From Oscillospiraceae bacterium (GTDB lineage: Bacteria; Bacillota; Clostridia; Oscillospirales; CAG-382): 64,000 bases of DNA. Every line of letters begins with the position of its first letter. The stretch's first letter is position 1. Below, piece by piece: positions 1 through 10,513 of this stretch. A program made the translations under genes and the position numbers. The notes below the pieces were generated by a model. It had not been told where the DNA came from. It searched no databases and saw only the letters and a list, made by a program, of their open reading frames with translations. The DNA is taken from the NCBI GenBank assembly GCA_015064485.1, contig SVSD01000001.1:24989-88988 (forward strand). Direction: 5' to 3'.

Positions 1-664
1 CATTGAGAATCTTGGCGGCCAACGAAATAGCATCTTTAGCTGTAATTGTCGCGTCTGTTGTAACTTCAAGCGTAAGCTTGTCGTAATCTGTTCTGGAGCC
101 CACACGAGTGTTTTCAACGGTGTAGTTAGCATTGTAAACGGGTGTGTAGATAGAGTCTGTATAAATTGTGCCCAAGGGAGGATTTGCAACCTCAGCCTTG
201 TTCTTTTCACCGGATACATAGCCTCTGCCGTGGCTGAAAGTGATCTCCATATGGAGAGTCGAGCCTTCGCTTACATAAGCGATGTGGTGATCTTTATTCA
301 GAATCTCGATATCTGCGTCGCTCTTGATGCTGCCTGCGGTAACTTCGCAAGGACCCTGAGCGTCAATTATAACCGTTTTTGCGGGAGCATCGCTGAAAAG
401 CTTTGCTGTGATGCCCTTAATATTAAGAATAATTTCGGGAACATCTTCCTTTACGCCGTCAACAACGGAAATCTCGTGTACAACACCGGCAATACTTACT
501 GATGTTGCGGCAACACCGGGGAGAGAGCTCAAAAGCACTCTGCGAAGCGAGTTACCGAGAGTTGTGCCAAAGCCTCTTTCAAGGGGTTCAATTACAAATT
601 TTCCGTAAGAACCGTCTTCGGACATTTCAACAGTAGTAATGTTCGGTCTTTCTATTTCTATCAT
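1..664 (-). CDS. rpoA: DNA-directed RNA polymerase subunit alpha, N-terminal part (gene continues past the left edge)
   Basis: Edge-truncated, so absent from the ORF track. Minus-strand ATG at 664-662 with GGAGGG at 677-672. My translation [50 protein letters not shown]... is a canonical RpoA N-terminal domain. Follows rpsD as in alpha operons. Confidence 0.92.
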   Translation of the reverse strand, partial: MIEIERPNITTVEMSEDGSYGKFVIEPLERGFGTTLGNSLRRVLLSSLPGVAATSVSIAGVVHEISVVDGVKEDVPEIILNIKGITAKLFSDAPAKTVIIDAQGPCEVTAGSIKSDADIEILNKDHHIAYVSEGSTLHMEITFSHGRGYVSGEKNKAEVANPPLGTIYTDSIYTPVYNANYTVENTRVGSRTDYDKLTLEVTTDATITAKDAISLAAKILN

Positions 665-742
665 CCAAATACCCTCCTCTTTCTGTAAATTGTCGAATAC
701 TTTCTATACAGTCTATAACTGTAACTATGCGAGGATTTTGTA

Positions 743-1369
743 TTACTTGGAGTACAACTCGACGATAAGATGCTCTTCGAAGGGGAAGTCGATATCTTCT
801 CTCTTGGGGAGAGCGATAACTGTTGCGGTTACATTTTCCTTGTCAACTGTAAGCCAAGCGGGAACCTGACGGTTGTCAAGATTTTCAACAAGAGACTTGA
901 TCTTTTCAGACTTGCGGCTTGCTTCTCTTATAGAGATAACATCGCCAACCTTGATCATCATCGAAGGAATATCAGCCTTCTTGCCATTGATGAGGAAGTG
1001 TCCGTGTACGATGAGCTGTCTTGCATCTCTGCGGCTTTCGCCCATGCCCATTCTGAATACTACATTATCAAATCTGCGTTCGATCATAGTGAGAAGGTTT
1101 TCACCAGCCTGACCATCCTGAGCTGCAGCTTTCTTGAAGTAGTTTCTGAACTGCTTTTCCTGAATTCCGTAATATCTCTTAGCCTTCTGCTTTTCACGAA
1201 GCTGGAGACCGTATTCGCCTATCTTTTTGCGAGCAGCGCCATGCTGACCGGGAGCTGTGCTGCGTCTGTTAAGAGCACACTTTTCGGTATAGCAACGCTC
1301 ACCTTTGGAGAAAAGCTTAACGCCTTCTCTGCGGCACTGTCTGCAAGCAGGACCAGTATATTTTGCCAT
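743..1369 (-). CDS. rpsD: 30S ribosomal protein uS4
   Basis: 208-aa [19 protein letters not shown]... N-terminus and S4 RNA-binding domain. Lies between rpsK and rpoA. Confidence 0.97.
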   Translation of the reverse strand: MAKYTGPACRQCRREGVKLFSKGERCYTEKCALNRRSTAPGQHGAARKKIGEYGLQLREKQKAKRYYGIQEKQFRNYFKKAAAQDGQAGENLLTMIERRFDNVVFRMGMGESRRDARQLIVHGHFLINGKKADIPSMMIKVGDVISIREASRKSEKIKSLVENLDNRQVPAWLTVDKENVTATVIALPKREDIDFPFEEHLIVELYSK

Positions 1370-1431
1370 TGTAATTTCCTCCTTAGTAGAAATTCATTAT
1401 GCACAGATGTGCATTATATTTTTCACAAAGA

Positions 1432-1833
1432 TTATACGCGTCTTCTCTTGGGAGGACGGCATCCGTTGTGAGGAATAGGTGTTACATCTTTAATCATTGT
1501 GATGGAAAGACCTGCAGTTTCAAGAGCTCTGATTGCAGATTCTCTTCCCTGACCGGGGCCTTTTACAAATACTTCAACAGACTTGAGTCCGTGTTCTGTA
1601 GCTGCTCTTGCTGCAGTTTCAGCAGCAGTCTGAGCTGCGTAAGGAGTAGACTTTCTGGAGCCTCTGAAGCCCATTTCGCCGGCAGATGCCCACGAAATTG
1701 TATTGCCGTTTACATCAGTGATTGTTACGATGGTGTTGTTAAAAGTCGAGCTGATATGAGCTGCGCCCTTTTCAATATTTTTGCGTTCACGACGCTTTCT
1801 GGTTACTGTCTTCTTTGTAGTAGCCTTTGCCAT
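1432..1833 (-). CDS. rpsK: 30S ribosomal protein uS11
   Basis: 133-aa ORF ending ...[20 protein letters not shown], the hallmark uS11 C-terminus. Confidence 0.97.
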   Translation of the reverse strand: MAKATTKKTVTRKRRERKNIEKGAAHISSTFNNTIVTITDVNGNTISWASAGEMGFRGSRKSTPYAAQTAAETAARAATEHGLKSVEVFVKGPGQGRESAIRALETAGLSITMIKDVTPIPHNGCRPPKRRRV

Positions 1834-1880
1834 AGCTTATCTCCTTCCCGTGTAAGAAAAAATCCTTACACTAAGATACA

Positions 1881-2249
1881 TTATTTCTTCTTGTTGGCGA
1901 TAGTCTTTGCAGGACCCTTGCGAGTTCTTGCATTTGTCTTTGTACGCTGTCCTCTAACGGGCAGATTCTTGCGATGTCTCTGGCCTCTGTAACAGTCAAT
2001 TTCGATCAAACGCTTGATATCCATAGCGATGTTTCTGCGAAGATCACCTTCTACAGCGTATTCGTGTTCGATAACTTCACGAAGCTTTGCAACATCGTCT
2101 TCGGTGAGATCCTTGACTCTTGTATCAGGGTTGATGCCTGTCTTTTCAAGGATTGCGTTGGAGCTTGTACGACCGATTCCGTAGATATAAGTAAGACCGA
2201 TTTCGATTCTTTTTTCTCTAGGAAGGTCAACACCAGCTATACGAGCCAT
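1881..2249 (-). CDS. rpsM: 30S ribosomal protein uS13
   Basis: 122-aa [17 protein letters not shown]..., typical uS13. Conserved position. Confidence 0.97.
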   Translation of the reverse strand: MARIAGVDLPREKRIEIGLTYIYGIGRTSSNAILEKTGINPDTRVKDLTEDDVAKLREVIEHEYAVEGDLRRNIAMDIKRLIEIDCYRGQRHRKNLPVRGQRTKTNARTRKGPAKTIANKKK

Positions 2250-2337
2250 TTATGTGCACCTCTCTTCAAAATTTAAATGTGATTTATCGGATTTATCCGA
2301 TTTGCCTTGCGGATGCGTTTTCCGCATCAGAGCAATA

Positions 2338-2451
2338 TTAGCCCTGTCTCTGCTTGTGCTTCGGATTTTCACAGATTACCATAACGATACCGCGTCTTCT
2401 GATAATCTTGCACTTTTCGCAGATCTTTTTTACCGAAGGTTTAACTTTCAT
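2338..2451 (-). CDS. rpmJ: 50S ribosomal protein bL36 (zinc form)
   Basis: 38-codon ORF, below the track cut-off. Hand translation [37 protein letters not shown] with C-x2-C-x12-C-x4-H. Lies between infA and rpsM. Confidence 0.95.
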   Translation of the reverse strand: MKVKPSVKKICEKCKIIRRRGIVMVICENPKHKQRQG

Positions 2452-2482
2452 TTCTTAATTCCCTCCTGATGCGTGAAAAGAA

Positions 2483-2704
2483 TTACTTTGCACGCCATGT
2501 GATTCTGCCCTTTGTAAGGTCGTATACCGACACATCGACGGTAACCTTATCACCGGGGAGAATTTTGATATAATTCATACGAAGTTTACCCGAAATATGA
2601 GCCGTAATAGTATGCTCGTTCGGGAGCTTTACCAAAAATGTCGCATTTGGGAGTGCTTCCATTACTGTGCACTCTTCAAATGTTATAACATCGTCCTTAG
2701 CCAG
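2483..2704 (-). CDS. infA: Translation initiation factor IF-1, apparently starting at CTG
   Basis: Hand translation (L/M)[72 protein letters not shown] is a full-length IF-1 S1 fold. GGAGGG at 2716-2711 lies 6 nt before CTG 2704-2702. There is no ATG/GTG/TTG between the in-frame map stop (2740-2738) and Ala2. Confidence 0.85.
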   Translation of the reverse strand: MAKDDVITFEECTVMEALPNATFLVKLPNEHTITAHISGKLRMNYIKILPGDKVTVDVSVYDLTKGRITWRAK

Positions 2705-2737
2705 AACTATCCCTCCAAAACTGTCTGTGAATGGTTT

Positions 2738-3484
2738 TCAGATTTTTGTAAGAATTTCAGGTCCGTTTGCAGTAACAAGTATTGTATTCTCGTAATGAGC
2801 AGAAAGTGAATGGTCACGAGTAACCACAGTCCATTCATTTGCAAGAACATAAACACCTGCATCTCCCGCATTTATCATAGGCTCAATTGCAAGGGTCATC
2901 CCCTCAGAAAGTCTTACTCCTCTTCCCGCTTTTCCGTAATTCGGAACATCGGGAGATTCGTGAAGCTTTTCGCCTATTCCGTGTCCTACATATTCTTTTA
3001 CTACCGAGTATCCGTTTGATTCAACATATTCCTGAATAGCTGCTGAAACATCTCCGAGTCTTGCACCCGGCACCGCTTTTGCGATACCTGCAAAAAAACT
3101 TTCGCGGCAAACTCTTTCGATATCCTTAGCCTTTTCGGAAACCTCTCCGCAGAAGAATGTTCTTGCGGAATCGCCGTGGAATCCTTTGTAATACGCACCC
3201 ACATCCACCTTGACAATATCGCCGTCGATAAGATGACGGGAATCGGGAATTCCGTGTATTACTTCATCGTTTACACTGATACAAGCACTTGCAGGAAAAC
3301 CTGCATATCCTAAAAAGGAAGGTTTTGCACCGTGGCTTTCGATGTATTTACGGATAACCGTATCTATCTGGTTAGTAGTGATACCGGGTTTGATAACCTC
3401 TCGGGCGGCTTCAAGCGCGCCCGCAGTTATCTTACCGGCTTCTCTCATTTTCTCGATTTCGAGCTGAGATTTAAGCTTTATCAT
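2738..3484 (-). CDS. map: Methionine aminopeptidase, type I
   Basis: 248-aa ORF with VIHGIP, VGHGIG and metal-ligand context typical of MetAP. Conserved adk-map-infA order. Confidence 0.95.
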   Translation of the reverse strand: MIKLKSQLEIEKMREAGKITAGALEAAREVIKPGITTNQIDTVIRKYIESHGAKPSFLGYAGFPASACISVNDEVIHGIPDSRHLIDGDIVKVDVGAYYKGFHGDSARTFFCGEVSEKAKDIERVCRESFFAGIAKAVPGARLGDVSAAIQEYVESNGYSVVKEYVGHGIGEKLHESPDVPNYGKAGRGVRLSEGMTLAIEPMINAGDAGVYVLANEWTVVTRDHSLSAHYENTILVTANGPEILTKI

Positions 3485-3499
3485 CTGATTGCCTCTGTC

Positions 3500-4135
3500 T
3501 TACTTTATGCCGAGTGCGGCAAGTGTAAGAGCTGTGGTATCATTAAGCTCTTCCTGACCTTCAACAGTCTTGAGGATACCGAGCTTTTCATAATAGTCCT
3601 TGAGAGGCTCTGTTTCCTTATGATAGGTTTCAAGTCTTGAAAGTACTACTGCAGGATCGTCGTCCTTGCGGATAGTAAGTTCAGCACCACACTTATCGCA
3701 CATATCGCCGTTTTCGGAAGGCTTATATACGATATGATAAGTCGCACCGCAAGCAAGGCAAGTTCTTCTGCCGCTCATTCTTGTAACTATGCGTTCATCA
3801 GAAACTTCGATATTCAAAACAACATCGATATCGATGCCCATAGCTGTAAGAGCTTCTGCCTGGGGTACGGTTCTGGGGAACCCATCAAGGATAAAACCGT
3901 TTTCACAGTCCTTTTCGGACAGTCTGTCTTTAATAATACCGATAACAACTTCATCAGGAACAAGTGCGCCCTGCTCGATGTAGCTCTTGGCAGATTTGCC
4001 CATATCAGTACCGTTTTTGATTGCTTCTCTAATTATTGCACCGGTTGAAACTGTAGGAATCGAAAGCTTTTCGCTTACGATTTCAGCCTGTGTGCCTTTT
4101 CCGGCACCCGGAGCTCCGAAGAATATGATTTTCAT
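3500..4135 (-). CDS. adk: Adenylate kinase (zinc-lid form)
   Basis: 211 aa. P-loop GAPGAGKGTQ. Lid CLACG...CDKCG. Confidence 0.96.
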   Translation of the reverse strand: MKIIFFGAPGAGKGTQAEIVSEKLSIPTVSTGAIIREAIKNGTDMGKSAKSYIEQGALVPDEVVIGIIKDRLSEKDCENGFILDGFPRTVPQAEALTAMGIDIDVVLNIEVSDERIVTRMSGRRTCLACGATYHIVYKPSENGDMCDKCGAELTIRKDDDPAVVLSRLETYHKETEPLKDYYEKLGILKTVEGQEELNDTTALTLAALGIK

Positions 4136-4167
4136 TAAGCTACTCCATTTCTTAAATGAACACAGGA

Positions 4168-5475
4168 TTATTCGAGGAATCCTTTATAATGACGCATAGT
4201 CATCTGTGTTTCGATTTCTGTTACGGTTTCGATTACAACACCAACAACGATGATGATGGAAGAACCGCCGAAAGCGAGAAGATTAAACGAACTTGCAAAC
4301 ATACTTGCAATAAGCGGAACAACCGCGATAAGAGCAAGGAAGATTGCACCTATAAGAGTAATTTTTGTGAGAATCTTTGAGATATAGTCAGTGGTAGGCT
4401 TACCGGGACGAATACCCATGATAGAGCCGCCATTCTTCTTGAGATTGTTTGCAACCTCGATCGGGCTGAAGGAGATCGAGATATAGAAATAAGCAAATGC
4501 GATGATGAGTACGAAAGTAAGAGCAGCGTAAAGCCAGCTTGAAGGAGCAAAGAGAGAATTCATAACGCCCCAGAAACCTGTAGTTGCGCCGGACTTACCA
4601 GCCATCATAGCGATTGTTGTGGGAAGAGCGACAATCGAGCTTGCGAAGATGATAGGCATAACGCCTGTCATATTAACCTTCAAAGGAAGGTATGTGCTCT
4701 GTCCGCCGTACATTCTTCTGCCAACCTGACGCTTAGCATACTGAACGGGGATTCTGCGCTCTGCACTGTGCATATGAACAACGAACCAAACCATACCGAG
4801 ACCAACTGCTACCGCAAGAACGAGAAGCACGATTTCGATGATAAGATCAGTTGTATTTGTTTTGCCCATTACATTATAGATAAGGCTGATTGCCATTGTA
4901 GGAACTCTTGAAACGATGTTTGCAAAAAGGATGAGAGAAATACCGTTTCCGATACCCTTTTCATTAATCTTTTCTGCAAGCCACATGATAAGAGCTGCAC
5001 CTGCTGCGTAGCAGGAAACCATAACGAAACCGCCGAACCAACCTCTGCCGTCCTGTGTAACGATTCCCATATTTTTAAGGTAAATATAATAACCGAATGC
5101 GGTTATAAGACCAAGAGCAACAGTTACATAACGAGTGATGCGGGCAATCTTTTTTCTGCCTTCATCGCCGTCTTTAGACATTCTTTCAAGAGCAGGTATT
5201 GCAATTGTAAGAAGCTGCATAACGATGGAAGATGTGATATAAGGGCTGATTGAAAGTGCAAACACATTCGCCTTGGAGAAAGCATCACCTGCGAGGAATG
5301 TGTAATACATAAGAGCATTGCTGCTCTGTTCCATTGTCTGTTCCATAATAACAGGATCAACGAAAGGAACGGGAAGCACAGAGCCTATACGATAAACAAG
5401 AAGTATAAACAATGTGAAAAGGATCTTGCTGCGAAGCTCGGGGAGCTTCCATGCGTTTCTAATTGTTTGTAACAA
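4168..5475 (-). CDS. secY: Preprotein translocase subunit SecY
   Basis: 435-aa polytopic membrane ORF in the canonical rplO-secY-adk position. Confidence 0.96.
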   Translation of the reverse strand: MLQTIRNAWKLPELRSKILFTLFILLVYRIGSVLPVPFVDPVIMEQTMEQSSNALMYYTFLAGDAFSKANVFALSISPYITSSIVMQLLTIAIPALERMSKDGDEGRKKIARITRYVTVALGLITAFGYYIYLKNMGIVTQDGRGWFGGFVMVSCYAAGAALIMWLAEKINEKGIGNGISLILFANIVSRVPTMAISLIYNVMGKTNTTDLIIEIVLLVLAVAVGLGMVWFVVHMHSAERRIPVQYAKRQVGRRMYGGQSTYLPLKVNMTGVMPIIFASSIVALPTTIAMMAGKSGATTGFWGVMNSLFAPSSWLYAALTFVLIIAFAYFYISISFSPIEVANNLKKNGGSIMGIRPGKPTTDYISKILTKITLIGAIFLALIAVVPLIASMFASSFNLLAFGGSSIIIVVGVVIETVTEIETQMTMRHYKGFLE

Positions 5476-5919
5476 TTATATCACCTCAGCCTTTCCGCCA
5501 GCGGCCTCAATCTTCTCTTTTGCAGATGCAGAGAATACAGTTGCCTGAACGGTCAGCTTCTTTGTGATATTACCATTGCCAAGAACCTTAAGACCGTTAA
5601 GTTCTTTCTTTATAACACCGTCAGCCATGAGTGTTTCGAGAGAAATAACGGCGCCATCTTCATAATTTTCAAGAAGTTCTACATTAATTGTAGCATATTC
5701 CTTCTTGAAAAGATAATTGGAAAATCCGTGTTTCGGGAGTCTTCTGTACATCGGGATCTGTCCGCCTTCGAAACCGGGTCTTACACCGCCGCCGGAGCGA
5801 GCGTTCTGACCCTTGTGTCCGCGGCCTGCAGTTTTACCGTTACCCGAACCGGGGCCACGGCCTTTTCTCCAAGCCTTTTTAGCGGAACCAGCCGACGGAG
5901 AAAGTTCATGAAGCTTCAT
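5476..5919 (-). CDS. rplO: 50S ribosomal protein uL15
   Basis: 147 aa. [23 protein letters not shown] motif. Confidence 0.96.
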   Translation of the reverse strand: MKLHELSPSAGSAKKAWRKGRGPGSGNGKTAGRGHKGQNARSGGGVRPGFEGGQIPMYRRLPKHGFSNYLFKKEYATINVELLENYEDGAVISLETLMADGVIKKELNGLKVLGNGNITKKLTVQATVFSASAKEKIEAAGGKAEVI

Positions 5920-5922
5920 AAT

Positions 5923-6105
5923 TTATGCCTCCTCTTCTACCGTAACCAAATGCTTGATAACAGTTACTTTGCCTGCTGTTGTAGGAACATTTTCCTGAAC
6001 AGTTGTGTCGCCTATTCTGCGTAAACCCAAAGAATGCGCAGTGGCGATCTGCTTATCCAAACAGCCGATAAGGCTCTTTGTAAGAGTGATCTTAATTTTT
6101 GCCAT
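5923..6105 (-). CDS. rpmD: 50S ribosomal protein uL30
   Basis: Track ORF 5923-6219 trimmed to ATG 6105, which has GGAGG about 8 nt upstream. MAKIKITLTKSLIG..., 60 aa, typical uL30. Confidence 0.93.
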   Translation of the reverse strand: MAKIKITLTKSLIGCLDKQIATAHSLGLRRIGDTTVQENVPTTAGKVTVIKHLVTVEEEA

Positions 6106-6127
6106 TATTGCGTCCTCCTTTGGTAAA

Positions 6128-6625
6128 TTAAAGTTCTTCGACTGCCTTGCCGCGAGTCTTAGCAACGTCTTCAGCGCTGCGAAGTGCCTTAAGACCTTCG
6201 AATGTAGCCTTAACAACATTAATCTTGTTGTTGCTTCTCAAAGACTTAGCACGGATATCACGGATACCTGCCATATCGAGCACTGCTCTTACAGTACCGC
6301 CTGCGATAACGCCGGTACCTTCTGCAGCGGGCTTAAGAAGAACACGAGCTGCGCCGTATTCACCAACGATTTCGTGAGGAATACTTGTACCCTTAACAGC
6401 TACTGTAATCATATTCTTCTTTGCGTCTTCGATTGCTTTTCTGATTGCTTCCGGAACTTCGGCAGATTTGCCGAGACCGTAGCCTACGTGACCGTTCTGG
6501 TCACCAACGACAACCACTGCAGCGAAACGCATAATGCGTCCGCCCTTGACAGTCTTGGAAACTCTTCTTGTAACAACGACTGTTTCCTTGAGGTCAAGTG
6601 TTGCAGCATCTATATTGTGTGCCAT
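6128..6625 (-). CDS. rpsE: 30S ribosomal protein uS5
   Basis: 165-aa ORF with uS5 dsRBD-like and C-terminal domains. Conserved order. Confidence 0.96.
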   Translation of the reverse strand: MAHNIDAATLDLKETVVVTRRVSKTVKGGRIMRFAAVVVVGDQNGHVGYGLGKSAEVPEAIRKAIEDAKKNMITVAVKGTSIPHEIVGEYGAARVLLKPAAEGTGVIAGGTVRAVLDMAGIRDIRAKSLRSNNKINVVKATFEGLKALRSAEDVAKTRGKAVEEL

Positions 6626-6638
6626 ATTGCTCCTCCTA

Positions 6639-6998
6639 TTAGAACTTCAGTCCGGCTTCACGGGCAGCGTCAGCAAGAGCTGCGATACGACCGTGGTAAA
6701 CATAGCCGCCTCTGTCGAATACGACTTCGGTGATTCCTTTTTCAAGAGCACGCTTTGCTGCGAGCTCGCCGACCTTCTTTGCGGTTTCTACATTTCCGCC
6801 TGCTGTGCCGAATTCTTTTTCGACAGAAGATGCGGATACGAGAGTCTTGCCGCAAGTGTCATCGATGATCTGAACATAAATGTTCTGGAGAGAGCGGTAA
6901 ACGCAAAGGCGCGGACGTGCTGCTGTGCCGGAAATCTTGGCACGCACTCTCTTGTGTCTCTTTAAGCGCTTTAAGTTAGCGTCTTGTCTTGTTATCAT
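6639..6998 (-). CDS. rplR: 50S ribosomal protein uL18
   Basis: 119-aa ORF ...[18 protein letters not shown]..., typical uL18. Confidence 0.96.
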   Translation of the reverse strand: MITRQDANLKRLKRHKRVRAKISGTAARPRLCVYRSLQNIYVQIIDDTCGKTLVSASSVEKEFGTAGGNVETAKKVGELAAKRALEKGITEVVFDRGGYVYHGRIAALADAAREAGLKF

Positions 6999-7016
6999 TT
7001 ACTTGCACCCCCTCTA

Positions 7017-7556
7017 TTATTTGCCGGCCTTACCGGACTTGCGTCTGATGTGTTCATCAACATACTTGATGCCCTTGCCGAGGTAGGGTTCAGGAGGTCT
7101 CTTGCCTCTGATCTCTGCTGCGATCTGGCCAACTCTCTGTTTGTTAGCGCCGCTTACGATGATCTTATTCTGATCGGGAACATCCAAAGTGATGCCCGGT
7201 TCCTCGTCAATAAATACTTTGTGTGAATAACCGAGATCAAGGACGATCTGATTGCCCTGCTTCTGTGCACGGTAACCAACACCGTTGATTTCGAGTTCTT
7301 TCTTAAATCCGTTAACAACACCCTCAACCATGTTTGCGATGAGTGTACGGGTGAGTCCGTGAAGTGATCTGTTGTTCTTTTCGTCGTCGGGACGTTCAAC
7401 TGTTATAACTGCACCGTCAACAGTTATCTTCATATTAGGATGAAGAGCTTCTGTAAGTGTGCCCTTGGGGCCCTTAACGGTAATAACATTTGCAGCGTCG
7501 AGTTTTACGTCTACACCGGCGGGAATTGCAACAGGCATTCTTCCTATTCTTGACAT
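7017..7556 (-). CDS. rplF: 50S ribosomal protein uL6
   Basis: 179-aa [18 protein letters not shown]..., typical uL6. Confidence 0.96.
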   Translation of the reverse strand: MSRIGRMPVAIPAGVDVKLDAANVITVKGPKGTLTEALHPNMKITVDGAVITVERPDDEKNNRSLHGLTRTLIANMVEGVVNGFKKELEINGVGYRAQKQGNQIVLDLGYSHKVFIDEEPGITLDVPDQNKIIVSGANKQRVGQIAAEIRGKRPPEPYLGKGIKYVDEHIRRKSGKAGK

Positions 7557-7610
7557 AACCTATCTCCTTCCGGTTTGCCGTATGCAAAGGTTGCATACGA
7601 TCGATTCATT

Positions 7611-8009
7611 TTACCAAACAAAAGCGAGAACTTCGCCGCCGATGTTCTGTTTTCTGGCTTTCTTGTCTGTCATGATGCCCTTGGAAGTGGAAATGATAGC
7701 GATACCAAGTCCATTCATTACGCGGGGCATATCTTCGCAGCTTGTGTAGATACGAAGACCGGGCTTAGATACGCGGCGGAGTCCCTGAATAACTCTCTTC
7801 TTGCCTGCGCCGTACTTGAGGGAAACACGAATGATACCCTGTTTGCCGTCTTCGATGATCTGATAGCCATTTATATATCCTTCTTCAGCGAGAATATCAG
7901 CGATTGCCTTCTTTACGCCTGAAGCAGGGATGTCTACTGATTCGTGCTTAGCCGAATTAGCGTTACGGATACGAGTAAGCATATCCGCGATAACATCAGT
8001 AATCTGCAT
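7611..8009 (-). CDS. rpsH: 30S ribosomal protein uS8
   Basis: 132-aa ORF with [13 protein letters not shown]..., typical uS8. Confidence 0.96.
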   Translation of the reverse strand: MQITDVIADMLTRIRNANSAKHESVDIPASGVKKAIADILAEEGYINGYQIIEDGKQGIIRVSLKYGAGKKRVIQGLRRVSKPGLRIYTSCEDMPRVMNGLGIAIISTSKGIMTDKKARKQNIGGEVLAFVW

Positions 8010-8064
8010 GAAATGTGACCTCCTTAATGCCTGATCTTATTCTTTGATCTGACGAATTGTTTAA

Positions 8065-8250
8065 TTACCAGCTTGCCTTTCTTACGCCGGGAATCTGACC
8101 CTTGTAAGCGAGCTCTCTGAAGCAAATACGGCAGATACCGTATTTACGGAGATATGCATGGGGGCGGCCGCAGATCTTGCATCTGTTGTATTCACGAGTA
8201 GAAAACTTCTGTGTTTTCTGCTGCTTTAAAACCATAGATTTCTTTGCCAT
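8065..8250 (-). CDS. rpsN: 30S ribosomal protein uS14, type Z (zinc-binding)
   Basis: 61 aa with CKICG...CRIC zinc knuckle. Confidence 0.95.
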   Translation of the reverse strand: MAKKSMVLKQQKTQKFSTREYNRCKICGRPHAYLRKYGICRICFRELAYKGQIPGVRKASW

Positions 8251-8271
8251 AATTCTTTACCTACCCCTCTA

Positions 8272-8814
8272 TTACTGCTTTGCAAAGGGAGCGCCCATAA
8301 GTGCGAGAAGCTCTCTTGCGTGTTCGTCGCATGTAGCGGTTGTAACGATGCAGATATCCATACCTCTGATCTTGTCGACCTTGTCGTACTCGATCTCAGG
8401 GAATATCAACTGTTCCTTGATACCCATGGAATAATTTCCACGGCCATCAAATGCATCAGGATTGATACCCTTGAAGTCACGAACTCTGGGAAGTGCAAGG
8501 TTGAAAAATCTGTCGAGGAACTCGTACATCTTTTCACCGCGAAGTGTAACCTTAGCACCGATCTTCATGCCCTGACGGAGCTTGAAGTTCGCTACAGATT
8601 TTCTTGCTGCTGTGGGAACTGCCTGCTGACCGGTAATGATAGTGAGATCATTAACGATGCTGTCGATAACCTTTGAGTTATCCTTTGCGTCGCCTGCACC
8701 GATGTTGAGAATAACCTTTTCGATTCTGGGAATCTGCATCGGGCTCTTGTATTCAAACTTCTTCATAAGTGCGGGAGCGACATCACTGGTATAGTATTGC
8801 TTAAGTCTTGCCAT
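8272..8814 (-). CDS. rplE: 50S ribosomal protein uL5
   Basis: 180-aa [15 protein letters not shown]..., typical uL5. Confidence 0.96.
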   Translation of the reverse strand: MARLKQYYTSDVAPALMKKFEYKSPMQIPRIEKVILNIGAGDAKDNSKVIDSIVNDLTIITGQQAVPTAARKSVANFKLRQGMKIGAKVTLRGEKMYEFLDRFFNLALPRVRDFKGINPDAFDGRGNYSMGIKEQLIFPEIEYDKVDKIRGMDICIVTTATCDEHARELLALMGAPFAKQ

Positions 8815-8833
8815 TTTCTATATCCTCCCTAAC

Positions 8834-9169
8834 TTAAAGTGTTTCGCCGCATTTTGCACAAACGCGGGTCTTCTTGCCGTCTACGATCTTATGAGCTACT
8901 CTTACGCCCTTGTTGCACTTGGAGCAGAAAATCTGAACCTTGCATGCGTAGAACGGACCTTCGGTCTTGATGAGACCGCCCTGTTCGCCCTGTCTTCTGG
9001 GACGAACATGTTTTGTAACGATGTTGACGCCTTCGACGATGATCTTGCCTTCGCCGGGAGCTACTTCAACTACCTTACCTTTTTTGCCCTTATCGTCACC
9101 GGAGATTACGATTACTGTGTCATCGCGGCGAACGGCGAGCTTCTTCTGATATTTTGTCTTATTTTCCAT
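8834..9169 (-). CDS. rplX: 50S ribosomal protein uL24 (with C-terminal CxxC...CxxC)
   Basis: 111 aa. KOW motif VISGDDKGKKGKV. C-terminal CSKC...CAKC as I recall from clostridial uL24. GGAGGG 8 nt upstream. Confidence 0.95.
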   Translation of the reverse strand: MENKTKYQKKLAVRRDDTVIVISGDDKGKKGKVVEVAPGEGKIIVEGVNIVTKHVRPRRQGEQGGLIKTEGPFYACKVQIFCSKCNKGVRVAHKIVDGKKTRVCAKCGETL

Positions 9170-9184
9170 TAAAGCTGCCCTCCA

Positions 9185-9553
9185 TTAAAGAACTTCCGGA
9201 GCCAAGGAAAGTATCTTAAGGTAATCTCTGTCACGAAGCTCTCTCGCAACAGGGCCAAAGATACGAGTTCCTCTCGGGTTTTTGTCGTCTTTTATTATAA
9301 CAGCCGCATTCTCGTCGAATTTGATGTAGCTACCATCAGGACGGCGAAGGCTCTGTACAGTTCTAACAACAACTGCCTTTACAACGTCACCTTTTTTAAC
9401 AACTCCGCCGGGAGTTGCCTTTTTAACGCTGCAAACGACTACGTCGCCTATACGAGCATATCTTCTGCCTGTTCCGCCGAGCACACGGATGCACATAAGT
9501 TCTTTGGCGCCGGTATTGTCGGCAACCTTCATGAACGTCTGCTGCTGAATCAT
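9185..9553 (-). CDS. rplN: 50S ribosomal protein uL14
   Basis: Track ORF trimmed to ATG 9553, preceded by [25 protein letters not shown]..., 122 aa. Confidence 0.95.
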   Translation of the reverse strand: MIQQQTFMKVADNTGAKELMCIRVLGGTGRRYARIGDVVVCSVKKATPGGVVKKGDVVKAVVVRTVQSLRRPDGSYIKFDENAAVIIKDDKNPRGTRIFGPVARELRDRDYLKILSLAPEVL

Positions 9554-9617
9554 TATATGTGTCCTCCTTGTAACGCATGGATCTTTTGCCATGCGCCGGT
9601 TTACTGCGTACTAATTC

Positions 9618-9872
9618 TTACTTAGCCTTTTCGATGATCTTAACAAGACGCCAGTTCTTATCCTTGGAAAGGGGTCTTGTTTCCATGATCTCTACCTTGT
9701 CGCCGATACGGCACTCATTGTTTTCGTCATGTGCCTTGAACTTTACAGTCTTTTTGATGACCTTTTTATAAAGCGGGTGCTTTATGTTATCTTCAATGGC
9801 AACAACGATTGTCTTCTGCATCTTGTCGCTGACAACGCGTCCGACTCTGGTTTTTCTGAGATTTCTTTCCAT
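9618..9872 (-). CDS. rpsQ: 30S ribosomal protein uS17
   Basis: 84-aa ORF. Typical uS17 OB fold sequence. Confidence 0.96.
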   Translation of the reverse strand: MERNLRKTRVGRVVSDKMQKTIVVAIEDNIKHPLYKKVIKKTVKFKAHDENNECRIGDKVEIMETRPLSKDKNWRLVKIIEKAK

Positions 9873-9893
9873 GTTACCTTATCTCCTTCCCGC

Positions 9894-10094
9894 TTAGCCT
9901 TCTGCCTGCTCTTTTTCTGTCATAACTGTCAAAATCTGAGCGATGGACTTCTTAGTCTCGACGATCTTCTGGGGATTGTCAAGCTGATTGATCGCATGCT
10001 GGAAACGAAGGTTAAAAAGTTCAGCCTTCTTTTCCTTCAAGAGAGTTGCGAGCTCAGCGGAGGTTTTTTCTCTGATTTCAGTAATTTTCATCAT
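9894..10094 (-). CDS. rpmC: 50S ribosomal protein uL29
   Basis: Track ORF trimmed. The ATG at 10094 overlaps the rplP stop (TAATG); an alternative ATG is at 10091. [15 protein letters not shown]...LRFQ, typical uL29. Confidence 0.93.
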   Translation of the reverse strand: MMKITEIREKTSAELATLLKEKKAELFNLRFQHAINQLDNPQKIVETKKSIAQILTVMTEKEQAEG

Positions 10095-10513
10095 TATGCC
10101 TCCTGGTCTTCTTTCTTGACAAACTTGCACTTGACAGGGAGCTTGTGAGATGCAAGACGAATAGCTTCTCTTGCTACATCTTCCGCAACGCCTTCCATTT
10201 CGAACATAATGCGTCCGGGCTTAACAACTGCTACCCAGTATTCAGGTGAACCCTTACCGGAACCCATTCGAGTTTCAGCAGGTTTTTCTGTTACAGGTTT
10301 GTCGGGGAAAATCTTGATCCATACCTGACCGCCACGCTTAATGTAACGAGTCATAGCGATACGGGCTGCTTCTATCTGATTGCTTGTGATCCAGCCGGGT
10401 TCAGTTGCCTGAAGGCCGTAAGCACCGTTGCTAAGGAAATTACCGCGGGTTGCCTTACCCTTCATTCTACCTCTCTGAACTCTTCTGAATTTAGTTCTTT
10501 TTGGCATTAACAT
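10094..10513 (-). CDS. rplP: 50S ribosomal protein uL16
   Basis: 139-aa [22 protein letters not shown]... Confidence 0.97.
   Translation of the reverse strand: MLMPKRTKFRRVQRGRMKGKATRGNFLSNGAYGLQATEPGWITSNQIEAARIAMTRYIKRGGQVWIKIFPDKPVTEKPAETRMGSGKGSPEYWVAVVKPGRIMFEMEGVAEDVAREAIRLASHKLPVKCKFVKKEDQEA

Noticed and set aside
8065-9169. Zinc-ribbon (CxxC...CxxC) forms of uS14 and uL24, and the Cys/His form of bL36, as something unusual.
   Set aside because: From recollection, zinc-binding (C+) isoforms of these proteins are already described in Clostridia. No zinc-independent paralogues are present in the window to suggest a Zur-type switch.
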